From Bugula neritina (lineage: Eukaryota; Animalia; Bryozoa), in the NCBI GenBank assembly GCA_964035545.1, contig OZ037770.1:7320773-7384772 (forward strand): DNA of 64,000 bases, given 5' to 3'. This document shows positions 28,017 through 40,300 of this stretch, piece by piece. The notes beneath the pieces are model-generated. The model worked only from the letters and a program-made list of their open reading frames with translations, had not been told where the DNA came from and ran no database searches. Made by a program: the position numbers and the translations under genes. Position 1 is the stretch's first letter, and every line of letters begins with the position of its first letter.

Positions 28017-28315
28017 TCTATTGAAGTTATCTGAAAACTTTAAAAAGCCTCTAATAGACAAATATCTTATAAAACTACATTCCAATTTTTGCAGAGATAT
28101 GTTGCTTGGGAATTGAATAATTCGTGGGGCACTGAGACCATGTTTTTTTATGCGAAAATGGGCAATTTTTGACTGTTTTTAGAGCATAAAAAGGCAACGG
28201 GTTGGGTAGGTGAAGATTTTAAAAAAGCCTCAAATAGAGCAGCAAAATAATTACAAGATGGTTTTTGAATTTTGATTCTAGCCTCAAAATTAGTCGAGTT
28301 ATGAGTGGGGCACTG
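28017..28315. repeat. Subterminal motif repeats at the R end of copy 1 (~180-bp-spaced direct repeats plus an inverted TCTATT/AATAGA pair)
   Basis: AAAAAGCCTC(T/A)AATAGA at 28042 and 28222; GTGGGGCACTG at 28124 and 28305; inverted TCTATTGAAG at 28017. Confidence 0.8.
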
Positions 28316-28363
28316 TTTCATATACAATTATAATGGAGCAATGAAATTACTGATTCAGTAGAA

Positions 28364-28385
28364 GGATGACCTTAATCAAGCTGTG
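28364..28385 (-). repeat. Terminal inverted repeat, end type R, copy 1 (reverse complement CACAGCTTGATTAAGGTCATCC)
   Basis: Its reverse complement is identical to 46965-46986 of copy 2. Confidence 0.93.
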
Positions 28386-31300
28386 TGTTGCAGTGTATTT
28401 CAATATGTTACAGTGTATTTCAGTATATTTCAGTATGCCGCTGTGTAATTCAGTATGTTGCAGTATATTTCAGTAGGTTGTCGTATGTTTCAGCATTTTA
28501 CAGTACATTTCTGTATATTACAGTATAATTGAATGTGTTGCAATGTATTTCAATATGTTACAGTGTATTTCAGTATGTTGCAGTATGCTGCAGTGTAATT
28601 ATGCATGTTGCAGTACATTTCAGTATGTTGACGTATGTTTCAGTATGTTACAGTACATTTCTGTATATTACAGTCTACTCCAGTGTGTTGCAGTGTATTT
28701 CAGTATGCTACAGCATAATATTTCACTATGTTGCAGTATATTTCAATGTCTCGCAGTATATTTCAGTATGGTTCAGTATGTTTCAGTGTGTTGCAGTATA
28801 TTTCAATGTGTTGCAGTGTTTTTCAATATGTTACAGTGTATTTCAGTATGTTGCAGTATGTTGCAGTGTATTTCAGTATGTGACAGTGTATTTCAGTATG
28901 TTGAGTGTTATTGGGTAAGTTGCAGTATATTTCAGTATGTTGCAGTATGTTTCAGTATGTTACAACATAATTAAGTATTTTGCCGTATATTTCAGTGTGT
29001 TGCAGTATATTTCATTATGTTGCAGTATGTTTCGGTATGTTCCAGTATAATTCAGTATGTTTCTCAATGTTTCAGTATATTTCAGTATGTTACAGTACAT
29101 GTCCGTATATTACGATATACTTCGATGTGTTGCAGTATATTTCATTATTTTGCAGTATGTTTCAGTGTGTTGCAGTGTATTTCAATATGTTACAGTTTAT
29201 TTCAGTGTGTTGCAGTCTATTTCAGTTTGTTACGGTGTAGTTCAGTATGTTGCAGTATGTTGCAATATGTTGCAGTATATTTAAGTATGTTACAGTATAT
29301 TGCAGTATGTTACAGTACATTTCCGTATATTACACTATATTTCAGTGAGTTGCAGTGTAGTTCAGTGTGCTGCAGCATATTTCAGTATGGTGCAGTGTTT
29401 TTCAATATGTTACAGTATGTTTCACTATATTACTGTATATTTAGGTATGTTGCAGTTTATTATAATGTGTTGCGGTGTATTTCATTATGTTACAGTGTAT
29501 TTCAGTATGTTGCAGTATGTTGCAGGATATTTCAGTACGTTGCAGTATATTTCAGTATGTTGAAGTATGTTTCAGTGTGTTGCAGTATATTTCAATGTGT
29601 TGCAGTGTATTTCAATATGTTACAGTGTAATTCAGTATGTTGCAGTATGTTGCAGTATGTTGCAGTGTATTTCAGTATGTTACAGTGGATTTCGGTATGT
29701 TGCAGTATTTTGCAGTATATTTCAGTGTGTTGCAGTATATTTCAGTATGTTGCCGAGTGTTTCAGTATGTTGCAGTATGTTTTAGTATGTTACAGTATAT
29801 TTCAGTATGTTGCAGTGTAATTCAGTATGTTACAGTATATTTCAGTAGTTTATCATAAATTCTGGTATGTTGCAGTATAATTTAATATGTTGCAGTGTAT
29901 TTCAATATGTTACAGTGTATTTTAGTATATTTCAGTATGTTGCTGTGTAATTATGCATGTTGCAGTACATTTCAGTATGTTGACGTATGTTTCAGTATGT
30001 TACAGTACATTTCTGTATATTACAGTCTACTCCAGTGTGTTGCAGTGTATTTCAGTATGCTACAGCATAATATTTCACTATGTTGCAGTATATTTCAATG
30101 TCTCGCAGTATATTTCAATGTGTTGCAGTGTTTTTCAATATGTTACAGTGTATGTCAGTATGTTGCAGTATGTTGCAGTGTATTTCAGTATGTGACAGTG
30201 TATTTCAGTATGTTGCAGCGTGATTGGGTATGTTGCAGTATATTTCAGTATGTTGTCGTATGTTTCAGTATTTTACAGTACATTTCTGTATATTACAGTA
30301 TATTTCAGTCTGTTGCAGTGTATTTCAGCATGTTGCAGTATGTTGCAGTGTAATTCAGTATGTTACAGTGTATTTCAGTATGTTGTAGTATATTTCATCA
30401 TGTTGCAGTACATTTCAGTATGTTGACGTATGTTTCTGTATGTTACAGTACATTTCTGTATATTACAGTATACTTCAGTGTATTTCAGTATGCTACAGAA
30501 TATTTCAGTATGTTGCAGTATATTTCAGTAGGTTGAAGTATATTTCAGTATGTTGCAGTATGTTTCAGTATGTTACAACATAATTCACTATTTTGCCGTA
30601 TATTTCAGTGTGTTACAGTATATTTCATTATGTTGCAGTATGTTTCGGTATGTTCCAGTATAATTCAGTATGTTTCTCAATGTTTCAGTATTATTTCAGT
30701 ATGTTACAGTACATGTCCGTATATTACGATATACTTCGATATGTTGCAGTATATTTCAGTATTTTGCAGTATGTTTCAGTGTGTTGCAGTGTATTTCAAT
30801 ATGTTGCAGTTTATTTCAGTATGTTGCAGTCTATTTCAGTTTGTTACAGTGTAGTTCAGTATGTTGCTGTATGTTGCAGTATGTTGCAGTATATTTAAGT
30901 ATGTTACAGTATATTGCAGTATGTTACAGTACATTTCCGGATATTACACTATATTTCAGTGAGTTGCAGTGTATTTCAGTGTCCTGCAGCATATTTCAGT
31001 ACGGTGCAGTGTTTTTCAATATGTTACAGTATGTTTCACTATATTACTGTATGTTTAGGTATGTTGCAGTTTATTATAATGTGTTGCAGTGTATTTCATT
31101 ATGTTACAGTGTATTTCAGTATGTTGCAGTATGTTGCAGGATATTTCAGTATGTTGCAGTATATTTCAGTATGTTGAAGTATGTTTCAGTGTGTTGCAGT
31201 ATATTTCAATGTGTTGCAGTGTAATTCAATATGTTACAGTGTAATTCAGTATGTTGCAGTATGTTACAGTATGTTGCAGTGTATTTCAGTATGTTACAGT

Positions 31301-34300
31301 GGATTTCGGTAGGTTGCAGTATTTTGCAGTATATTTCAGTGTGTTGCAGTATATTTCAGTATGTTGCCGAGTGTTTCAGTATGTTGCAGTATGTTTTAGT
31401 ATGTTACAGTATATTTCAGTATGTTGCAGTGTAATTCAGTATGTTACAGTATATTTCAGTAGTTTATCATAAATTCCGGTATGTTGCAGTATAATTTAAT
31501 ATGTTGCAGTGTATTTCAATATATTACAGTGTATTTCAGTATATTTCAGTATGTTGCTGTGTAATTATGCATGTTGCAGTACATTTCAGTATGTTGACGT
31601 ATGTTTCAGTATGTTACAGTACATTTCTGTATATTACAGTCTACTCAAGTGTGTTGCAGGGTATTTCAGTATGCTAGAGCATAATATTTCACTATGTTGC
31701 AGTATATTTCAATGTCTCGCAGTATATTTCAATGTGTTGCAGTGTTTTTCAATATGTTACAGTGTATGTCAGTATGTTGCAGTATGTTGCAGTGTATTTC
31801 AGTATGTGACAGTGTATTTCAGTATGTTGCAGTGTGATTGGGTATGTTGCAGTATATTTCAGTATGTTGTCGTATGTTTCAGTATTTTACAGTACATTTC
31901 TGTATATTACAGTATATTTCAGTCTGTTGCAGTTTATTCCAATGTGTCGCAGTTCATTTCAGTATGTTACAGTGTATTTCAATATGTTGCAGTATGTTGC
32001 AGTGAATTCATTATGTTACAGTGTATTTCAGTATGTTGCAGTCTATTTCAGTATGTTACAGTGTATTTCAGTATGTTGCAGTATATTTCAGCATGTTGCA
32101 GTACATTTCAGTATGTTGACGTATGTTTCTGTATGTTACAGTATGTTACAGTACATTTCTGTATATTACAGTATACTTCAGTGTATTTCAGTATGCTACA
32201 GCATATTTCAGTATGTTGCAGTATATTTCAGTAGGTTGAAGTATATTTCAGTATGTTGCAGTATGTTTCAGTATGTTACAACATAATTCAGTATTTTGCC
32301 GTATATTTCAGTGTGTTACAGTATATTTCATTATGTTGCAGTATGTTTCGATATGTTCCAGTATAATTCAGTATGTTTCTCAATGTTTCAGTATTATTTC
32401 AGTATGTTACAGTACATGTCCGTATATTACGATATACTTCGATATGTTGCAGTATATTTCAGTATTTTGCAGTATGTTTCAGTGTGTTGCAGTGTATTTC
32501 AATATGTTACAGTTTAGTTCAGTATGTTGCAGTCTATTTCAGTTTGTTACAGAGTAGTTCAGTATGTTGCACTATGTTGCAGTATGTTGCAGTATATTTA
32601 AGTATGTTACAGTATATTGCAGTATGTTACAGTACATTTCCGGATATTACACTATATTTCAGTGAGTTGCAGTGTATTTCAGTGTCCTGCAGCATATTTC
32701 AGTACGGTGCAGTGTTTTTCAATATGTTACAGTATGTTTCTTTATATTACTGTATGTTTAGGTATGTTGCAGTTTATTATAATGTGTTGCAGTGTATTTC
32801 ATTATGTTACAGTGTATTTCAGTATGTTGCAGTATGTTGCAGGATATTTCAGTGTGTTGCAGTATATTTTAATGTGTTGCAGTGTAATTCAATATGTTAC
32901 AGTGTAATTCAGTATGTTGCAGTATGTTGCAGTATGTTGCAGTGTATTTCAGTATGTTACAGTGGATTTCGGTAGGTTGCAGTATTTTGCAGTATATTTC
33001 AGTGTGTTGCAGTATATTTCAGTATGTTGCCGAGTGTTTCAGTATGTTGCAGTATGTTGCAGTATGTTACAGTATATTTCAGTATGTTGCAGTGCAGTTC
33101 AGTATGTTACGGTATATTTCAGTAGTTTACCATAAATTCCGGTATGTTGCAGTATAATTGAATGTGTTGCAGTGTATTTCAATATGTTACAGTGTATTTC
33201 AGTATATTTCAGTATGTTGCTGTGTAATTCAGTATGTTGCAGTATATTTCAGTAGGTTGTCGTATGTTTCAGCATTTTACAGTACATTTCTGTATATTAC
33301 AGTATAATTGAATGTGTTGCAATGTATTTCAATATGTTACAGTGTATTTCAGTATGTTGCAGTATGCTGCAGTGTAATTTTGCATGTTGCAGTACATTTC
33401 AGTATGTTGACGTATGTTTCAGTATGTTACAGTACATTTCTGTATATTACAGTCTACTCCAGTGTGTTGCAGTGTATTTCAGTATGCTACAGCATAATAT
33501 TTCACTATGTTGCAGTATATTTCAATGTCTCGCAGTATATTTCAGTATGTTTCAGTATGTTTCAGTGTGTTGCAGTATATTTCAATGTGTTGCAGTGTTT
33601 TTCAACATGTTGCAGTGTATTTCAGTATGTTGCAGTATGTTGCAGTGTATTTCAGTATGTGACAGTGTATTTCAGTATGTTGAGTGTTATTGGGTATGTT
33701 GCAGTATATTTCAGTATGTTGTCGTATGTTTCAGTATTTTACAGTACATTTCTGTATATTACAGTATCTTTCAGTCTGTTGCAGTGTATTTCAGTATGTT
33801 GCAGTATGTTGCAGTGGTTTTCAATGTGTTACAGTATATTTCAGTATATTACCGTAAACTTAGGTATGTTGCAGTTTATTCCAATGTGTTGCAGTTCATT
33901 TCAGTATGTTACAGTGTATTTCAGTATGTGACAGTTTGTTGCAGTTTATTTCAGTAGGTTGAAGTATATTTCAGTATGTTGCAGTATGTTTCAGTATGTT
34001 ACAACATAATTCAGTATTTTGCCGTATATTTCAGTGTGTTACAGTATATTTCATTATGTTGCAGTATGTTTCGGTATGTTCCAGTATAATTCAGTATGTT
34101 TCTCAATGTTTCAGTATATTTCAGTATGTTACAGTACATGTCCGTATATTACGATATACTTCGATATGTTGCAGCATATTTCAGTATTTTGCAGTATGTT
34201 TCAGTGTGTTGCAGTCTATTTCAATATGTTACAGTTTATTTCAGTATGTTGCAGTCTATTTCAGTTTGTTACAGTGTAGTTCAGTATGTTGCAGTATGTT

Positions 34301-37300
34301 GCAGTATGTTGCAGTATATTTAAGTACGTTACAGTATATTGCAGTATGTTACAGTACATTTCTGTATATTACACTATATTTCAGTGAGTTGCAGTGTATT
34401 TCAGTGTGCTGCAGCATATTTCAGTATGGTGCAGTGTTTTTCAATATGTTACAGTATGTTTCACTATATTACTGTATATTTAGGTATGTTGCAGTTCATT
34501 ATAATGTGTTGCAGTGTATTTCATTATGTTACAGTGTATTTCAGTATGTTGCAGTATGTTGCAGGATATTTCAGTATGTTGCAGTATATTTCAGTATGTT
34601 GAAGTATGTTTCAATGTGTTGCAGTGTATTTTAATATGTTACAGTGTAATTCAGTATGTTGCAGTATGTTGCAGTGTATTTCAGTATGTTACAGTGGATT
34701 TCGGTATGTTGCAGTATTTTGCAGTATATTTCAGTGTGTTGCAGTATATTTCAGTATGTTGCCGAGTGTTTCAGTATTTTGCAGTATGTTTTAGTATGTT
34801 ACAGTATATTTCAGTATGTTGCAGTGTAATTCAGTATGTTACGGTATATTTCAGTAGTTTACCATAAATTCCGGTATCTTGCAGTATAATTGAATGTGTT
34901 GCAGTGTGTTTCAATATGTTACAGTGTATTTCAGTATATTTCAGTATGTTGCTGTGTAATTCAGTATGTTGCAGTATATTTCAGTAGGTTGTCGTATGTT
35001 TCAGCATTTTACAGTACATTTCTGTATATTACAGTATAATTGAATGTGTTGCAATGTATTTCAATATGTTACAGTGTATTTCAGTATGTTGCAGTATGCT
35101 GCAGTGTAATTATGCATGTTGCAGTACATTTCAGTATGTTGACGTATGTTTCAGTATGTTACAGTACATTTCTGTATATTACAGTCTACTCCAGTGTGTT
35201 GCAGTGTAATTCAGTATGCTACAGCATAATATTTCACTATGTTGCAGTATATTTCAATGTCTCGCAGTATATGTCAGTATGTTTCAGTATGTTTCAGTGT
35301 GTTGCAGTATATTTCAATGTGTTGCAGTGTTTTTCAATATGTTACAGTGTATTTCAGTATGTTGCAGTTTGTTGCAGTGTATTTCAGTATGTGACAGTGT
35401 ATTTCAGTATGTTGCAGTGTGATTGGGTATGTTGCAGTATATTTCAGTATGTTGTCGTATGTTTCAGCATTTTACAGTACATTTCTGTATATTACAGTAT
35501 AATTGAATGTGTTGCAGTGTATTTCAATATGTTACACTGTATTTCAGTAACTTGCAGTATGCTGCAGTGTAATTATGCATGTTACAGTACATTTCAGCAT
35601 GTTGACGTATGTTTCAGTATGTTACAGTACATATCTGTATATTACAGTCTACTCCAGTGTGTTGCAGTGTATTTCAGTATGCTACAGCATATTTGACTAT
35701 GTTGCAGTATATTTCAATGTGTTGCAGTGTTTTTCAATATGTTACAGTGTATTTCAGTATGTTGCAGTATGTTGCAGTGTTATTCAGTATGTTACAGTGT
35801 ATTTCAGTATGTTGTAGTATATTTCAGCATGGTGCAGTACATTTCAGTATGTTGACGTATGTTTCAGTATGTTACAGTACATTTCTGTATATTACAGTAT
35901 ACTTCAGTGTATTTCAGTATGCTACAGCATATTTCAGTATGTTGCAGTATATTTCAATGTGTTGCAGTATCTTTCAGTGTTTTGCCGAATGTATCAGTAT
36001 GTTGCAGTATATTTCAATGTGTTGCAGTGTATAGCAATATGTTACAGTGTATTTCGGTAGGTTGCGGTCTATTTCAGTATGTTACAGCATATTTCAGTGT
36101 GTTGCAGTATGTTGCAGTATATTTCAGTATGTTACAGTATATTTCAGTATGTTACAGTACATTTCCGTATATTACACTATATTTCAGTGAGTTGAGGTGT
36201 ATTTCAGTGTGCTAGAGCATATTTCAGTATGATGCAGTGTTTTTCAATGTGTTACAGTATATTTCAGTATATTACCGTATATTTAGGTGTGTTGCAGTAT
36301 ATTTCACTGTGTTGCAGTGTATTTCAATATGTTACAGTGTATTTCAGTATGTTGCAGTATGTTGCAGGATATTTCAGTATGTTGCAGTATATCTCAGTAT
36401 GTCGAAGTATGTTTCAGTGCGTTGCAGTATATTTCAATGTGTTGCAGTGTATTTCAATATGTTACAGTGTAATTCAGTATGTTGCAGTATGTTGCAGTAT
36501 GTTGCAATATGTTGCAGTGTATTTCACTATGTTACAGTGGATTTCGGTACGTTGCAGTATTTTGCAGTATATTTCGGTGTGTTGCAGTGTATTTCAGTAT
36601 GTTGCCGAGTGTTTCAGTATGTTGCAGTATGTTTTAGTATGTTACAGTATATTTCAGTATGTTGCAGTGTAATTCAGTATGTTACAGTATATTTCAGTAG
36701 TTTAGCATAAATTTCGGTATGTTGCAGTATAATTGAATGTGTTGCAGTGTATTTCAATATCTTACAGTGTATTTCAATATATTTCAGTATGTTGCTGTGT
36801 AATTCGGTATGTTGCAGTATATTTCAGTAGGTTGTCGTATGTGTCAGCATTTTACAGTACATTTCTGTATATTACAGTATAATTGAATGTGTTGCAGTGT
36901 ATTTCAATATGTTACAGTGTATTTCAGTATGTTGCAGTATGCTGCAGTGTAATTATGCATGTTGCAGTACATTTCAGCATGTTGACGTATGTTTCAGTAT
37001 GTTACAGTACATTTCTGTATATTACAGTCTACTTCAGTGTGTTGCAGTGTATTTCAGTATGCTACAGCATATTTCACTATGTTGCAGTATATTTCAATGT
37101 CTCGCAGTATATGTCAGTATGTTTCAGTATGTTTCAGTATTTTACAGTACATTTCTGTATATTACAGTATATTTCAGTCTGTTGCAGTGTATTTCAGTAT
37201 GTTGCAGTATGTTGCAGTGTAATCCAGTATGTTACGGTGTATTTCAGTATGTTGTAGTATATTTCAGCATGTTGCAGTACATTTCAGTATGTTGACGTAT

Positions 37301-40300
37301 ATTTCAGTATGTTACAGTACATTTCTGTATGTTACAGTATACTTCAGTGTATTTCAGTATGCTACAGCATATTTCAGTATGTTGCAGTATATTTCAATGT
37401 GTTGCAGTATATTTAAGTATTTTCCGAATGTTTCAGTAGGTTGCAGCATATTTCAGCGTGTTGCAGTGTATTTCAATATGTTACAGTGTATTTCAGTATG
37501 TTGCGGTCTATGTCAGTATGTTACAGCGTATTTCAGTGTGTTGCAGTATGTTGCAGTATATTTCAGTATGTTACAGTATATTTCAGTATGTTACAGTACA
37601 TTTCCGTATATTACTCTATATTTCAGTGAGTTGAGGTGTATTTCAGTGTGCTAGAGCATATTTCAGTATGGTGCAGTGTTTTTCAATGTGTTACAGTATA
37701 TTTCAGTATATTACCGTATATTTAGGTATGTTGCTGTTTATTCCAATGTTTTGCAGTGTATTTCATTATGTTACAGTGTATTTCAGTATGTTGCAGCATG
37801 TTGCAGAATATTTCAGTATGTTGCAGTGTATTTCAGTATGTTGCAGTATGTTTCAGTATGTTACAACATAATTCAGTATTTTGCCGTACATTTCAGTGTG
37901 TTACAGTATACTTCGGTATGTTACAGTATGTTTCGGTATGTTCCAGTATATTTCAGTATGTTTCAGTATGTTTCAGTATGTTTCAGTGTGTTGCAGTATA
38001 TTTCACTGTGTTGCAGTGTATTTCAATATGTTACAGTGTATTTCAGTATGTTGCAGTGTGATTCAGTATGTTACAGTATATTTCAGTATGTTGTCATATG
38101 TTTCAGTATTTTACAGTACATTTCTGTATACTACAGTATACTTCAGTGTGTTGCAGTGTATTTCAGTATGTTGCAGTATGATTCAGTGTAATTCAGTATG
38201 TTCAAGTGTGTTTCAGTATGTTGCAGTATTATTCAGCATGCTGCAGTACATTTCAGTATGTTGACGTATGTTTCAGTATGTTACAGTACATTTCTGTATA
38301 CTACAATATACTTCAGTGTGTTACAGTGTGTTTCAGTATGTTGCAGTATGTTGCAGTGTAATTCAGTATATTACAGTGTATTTAAGTATGTTGCAGTCTA
38401 TTTCAGTATGTTACAGTGTATTTAAGTATGTCGCAGTATGTTGCAGTATATTCCAGTATGTTACAGTGTATTTCGGTATGTTGCAGTATATTTTAGTAGT
38501 TTGCAACATAATTCAGTATGTTACCATAAATTTCGGTTTGTTGCAGTATATTTCAATGTCTCGCAGTATATGTCAGTATGTTGTCGTGTGTTTCAGTATT
38601 TTACAGTACATTTCTGTATATTACAGTATATTTCAGTCTGTTGCAGTGTATTTCAGTATGTGACAGTGTAATTCAGTATGTTGCTGTGTGATTGGGTATG
38701 TTGCAGTATATTTCAGTATGTTGCAGCATATTTCAGTATGTTACAGTACATTTCCGTGTATTACACTATGTTTCAGTGAGTTGAGGTGTATTTCAGTGTG
38801 CTAGAGCATATTTCAGTATGGTGCAGTGTTTTTCAATGTGTTACAGTATATTTCAGTATATTACCGTATATTTAGGTATGTTGCTGTTTATTCCAATGTT
38901 TTGCAGTGTATTTCATTATGTTACAGTGTATTTCAGTATGTTGCAGCATGTTGCAGAATATTTCAGTATGTTGCAGTGTATTTCAGTATGTTGCAGTATG
39001 TTTCAGTATGTTACAACATAATTCAGTATTTTGCCGTACATTTCAGTGTGTTACAGTATACTTCGGTATGTTACAGTATGTTTCGGTATGTTCCAGTATA
39101 TTTCAGTATGTTTCAGTATGTTTCAGTATGTTTCAGTGTGTTGCAGTGTATTTCACTGTGTTGCAGTGTATTTCAATATGTTACAGGGTATTTCAGTATG
39201 TTGCAGTGTGATTCAGTATGTTACAGTATATTTCAGTATGTTGTCATATGTTTCAGTATTTTACAGTACATTTCTGTATACTACAGTATACTTCAGTGTG
39301 TTGCAGTGTATTTCAGTATGTTGCAGTATGATTCAGTGTAATTCAGTATGTTCAAGTGTGTTTCAGTATGTTGCAGTATTATTCAGCATGCTGCAGTACA
39401 TTTCAGTATGTTGACGTATGTTTCAGTATGTTACAGTACATTTCTGTATACTACAATATACTTCAGTGTGTTACAGTGTGTTTCAGTATGTTGCAGTATG
39501 TTGCAGTGTAATTCAGTATATTACAGTGTATTTAAGTATGTTGCAGTCTATTTCAGTATGTTACAGTGTATTTAAGTATGTCGCAGTATGTTGCAGTATA
39601 TTCCAGTATGTTACAGTGTATTTCGGTATGTTGCAGTATATTTTAGTAGTTTGCAACATAATTCAGTATGTTACCATAAATTTCGGTTTGTTGCAGTATA
39701 TTTCAATGTCTCGCAGTATATGTCAGTATGTTGTCGTGTGTTTCAGTATTTTACAGTACATTTCTGTATATTACAGTATATTTCAGTCTGTTGCAGTGTA
39801 TTTCAGTATGTTGCAGTATGTTGCAGTGTAATTCAGTATGTTACAGTGTATTTCAGTATGTTGTAGTATATTTCAGCATGCTGCAGTGCATTTCAGTATG
39901 TTGACGTATGTTTCAGTATGTTACAGTACATGTCCATATTATACGATATACTTCGATTTGTTGCAGTATATTTCAGTATGTTGCAGTATGTTTCAGTGTG
40001 TTGCAGTGTGATTCAACATGTTACAGTGTATTTCAGTATGCTACAGCATATTTCACTATGTTGCAGTATATTTCAATGTTTCGCAGTATATTTCAGTATG
40101 TTTCAGTATGTTTTAGTGTGTTGCAGTACATTTCAATGTGTTGCAGTGTATTTCAATATGTAACAGGTTTTTTCAGTATGTTGCAGTATGTTGCAGTGTA
40201 TTTCAGTATGTTGCGGTCTATTTCAGTATGTTACAGCGTATTTCAGTGTGTTGCAGTATGTTGCAGTATATTTCAGTATGTTGCAGTATATTTCAGTATG

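Larger units (their letters stand above)
22922..28385. mobile_element. Non-autonomous TIR DNA transposon, copy 1 (5464 bp), probable EnSpm/CACTA (CMC) type
   Basis: Non-satellite sequence starting CACAGCATAGTTAAGGTCAT and ending ATGACCTTAATCAAGCTGTG. Flanked by a TG duplication (22920-22921, 28386-28387). Removing it restores the normal SatA module 'aattgaatgtgttgcagtgt' (empty paralogue near 33165). A homologous inverted copy lies at 46965-52227. No ORF longer than 70 aa. The superfamily call is inferred from CAC termini plus the 2-bp TSD. Confidence 0.93.

Noticed and set aside
22932-28375. Alternative boundaries TTAA|GGTCAT...ATGACC|TTAA (Kolobok/piggyBac-like TTAA TSD)
   Set aside because: The outer 10 bp (CACAGCATAG / TCAAGCTGTG) are not satellite and are identical in both independently inserted copies. 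The satellite resumes with a 2-bp duplication outside them, so the mobile unit ends at CACAG/CTGTG.
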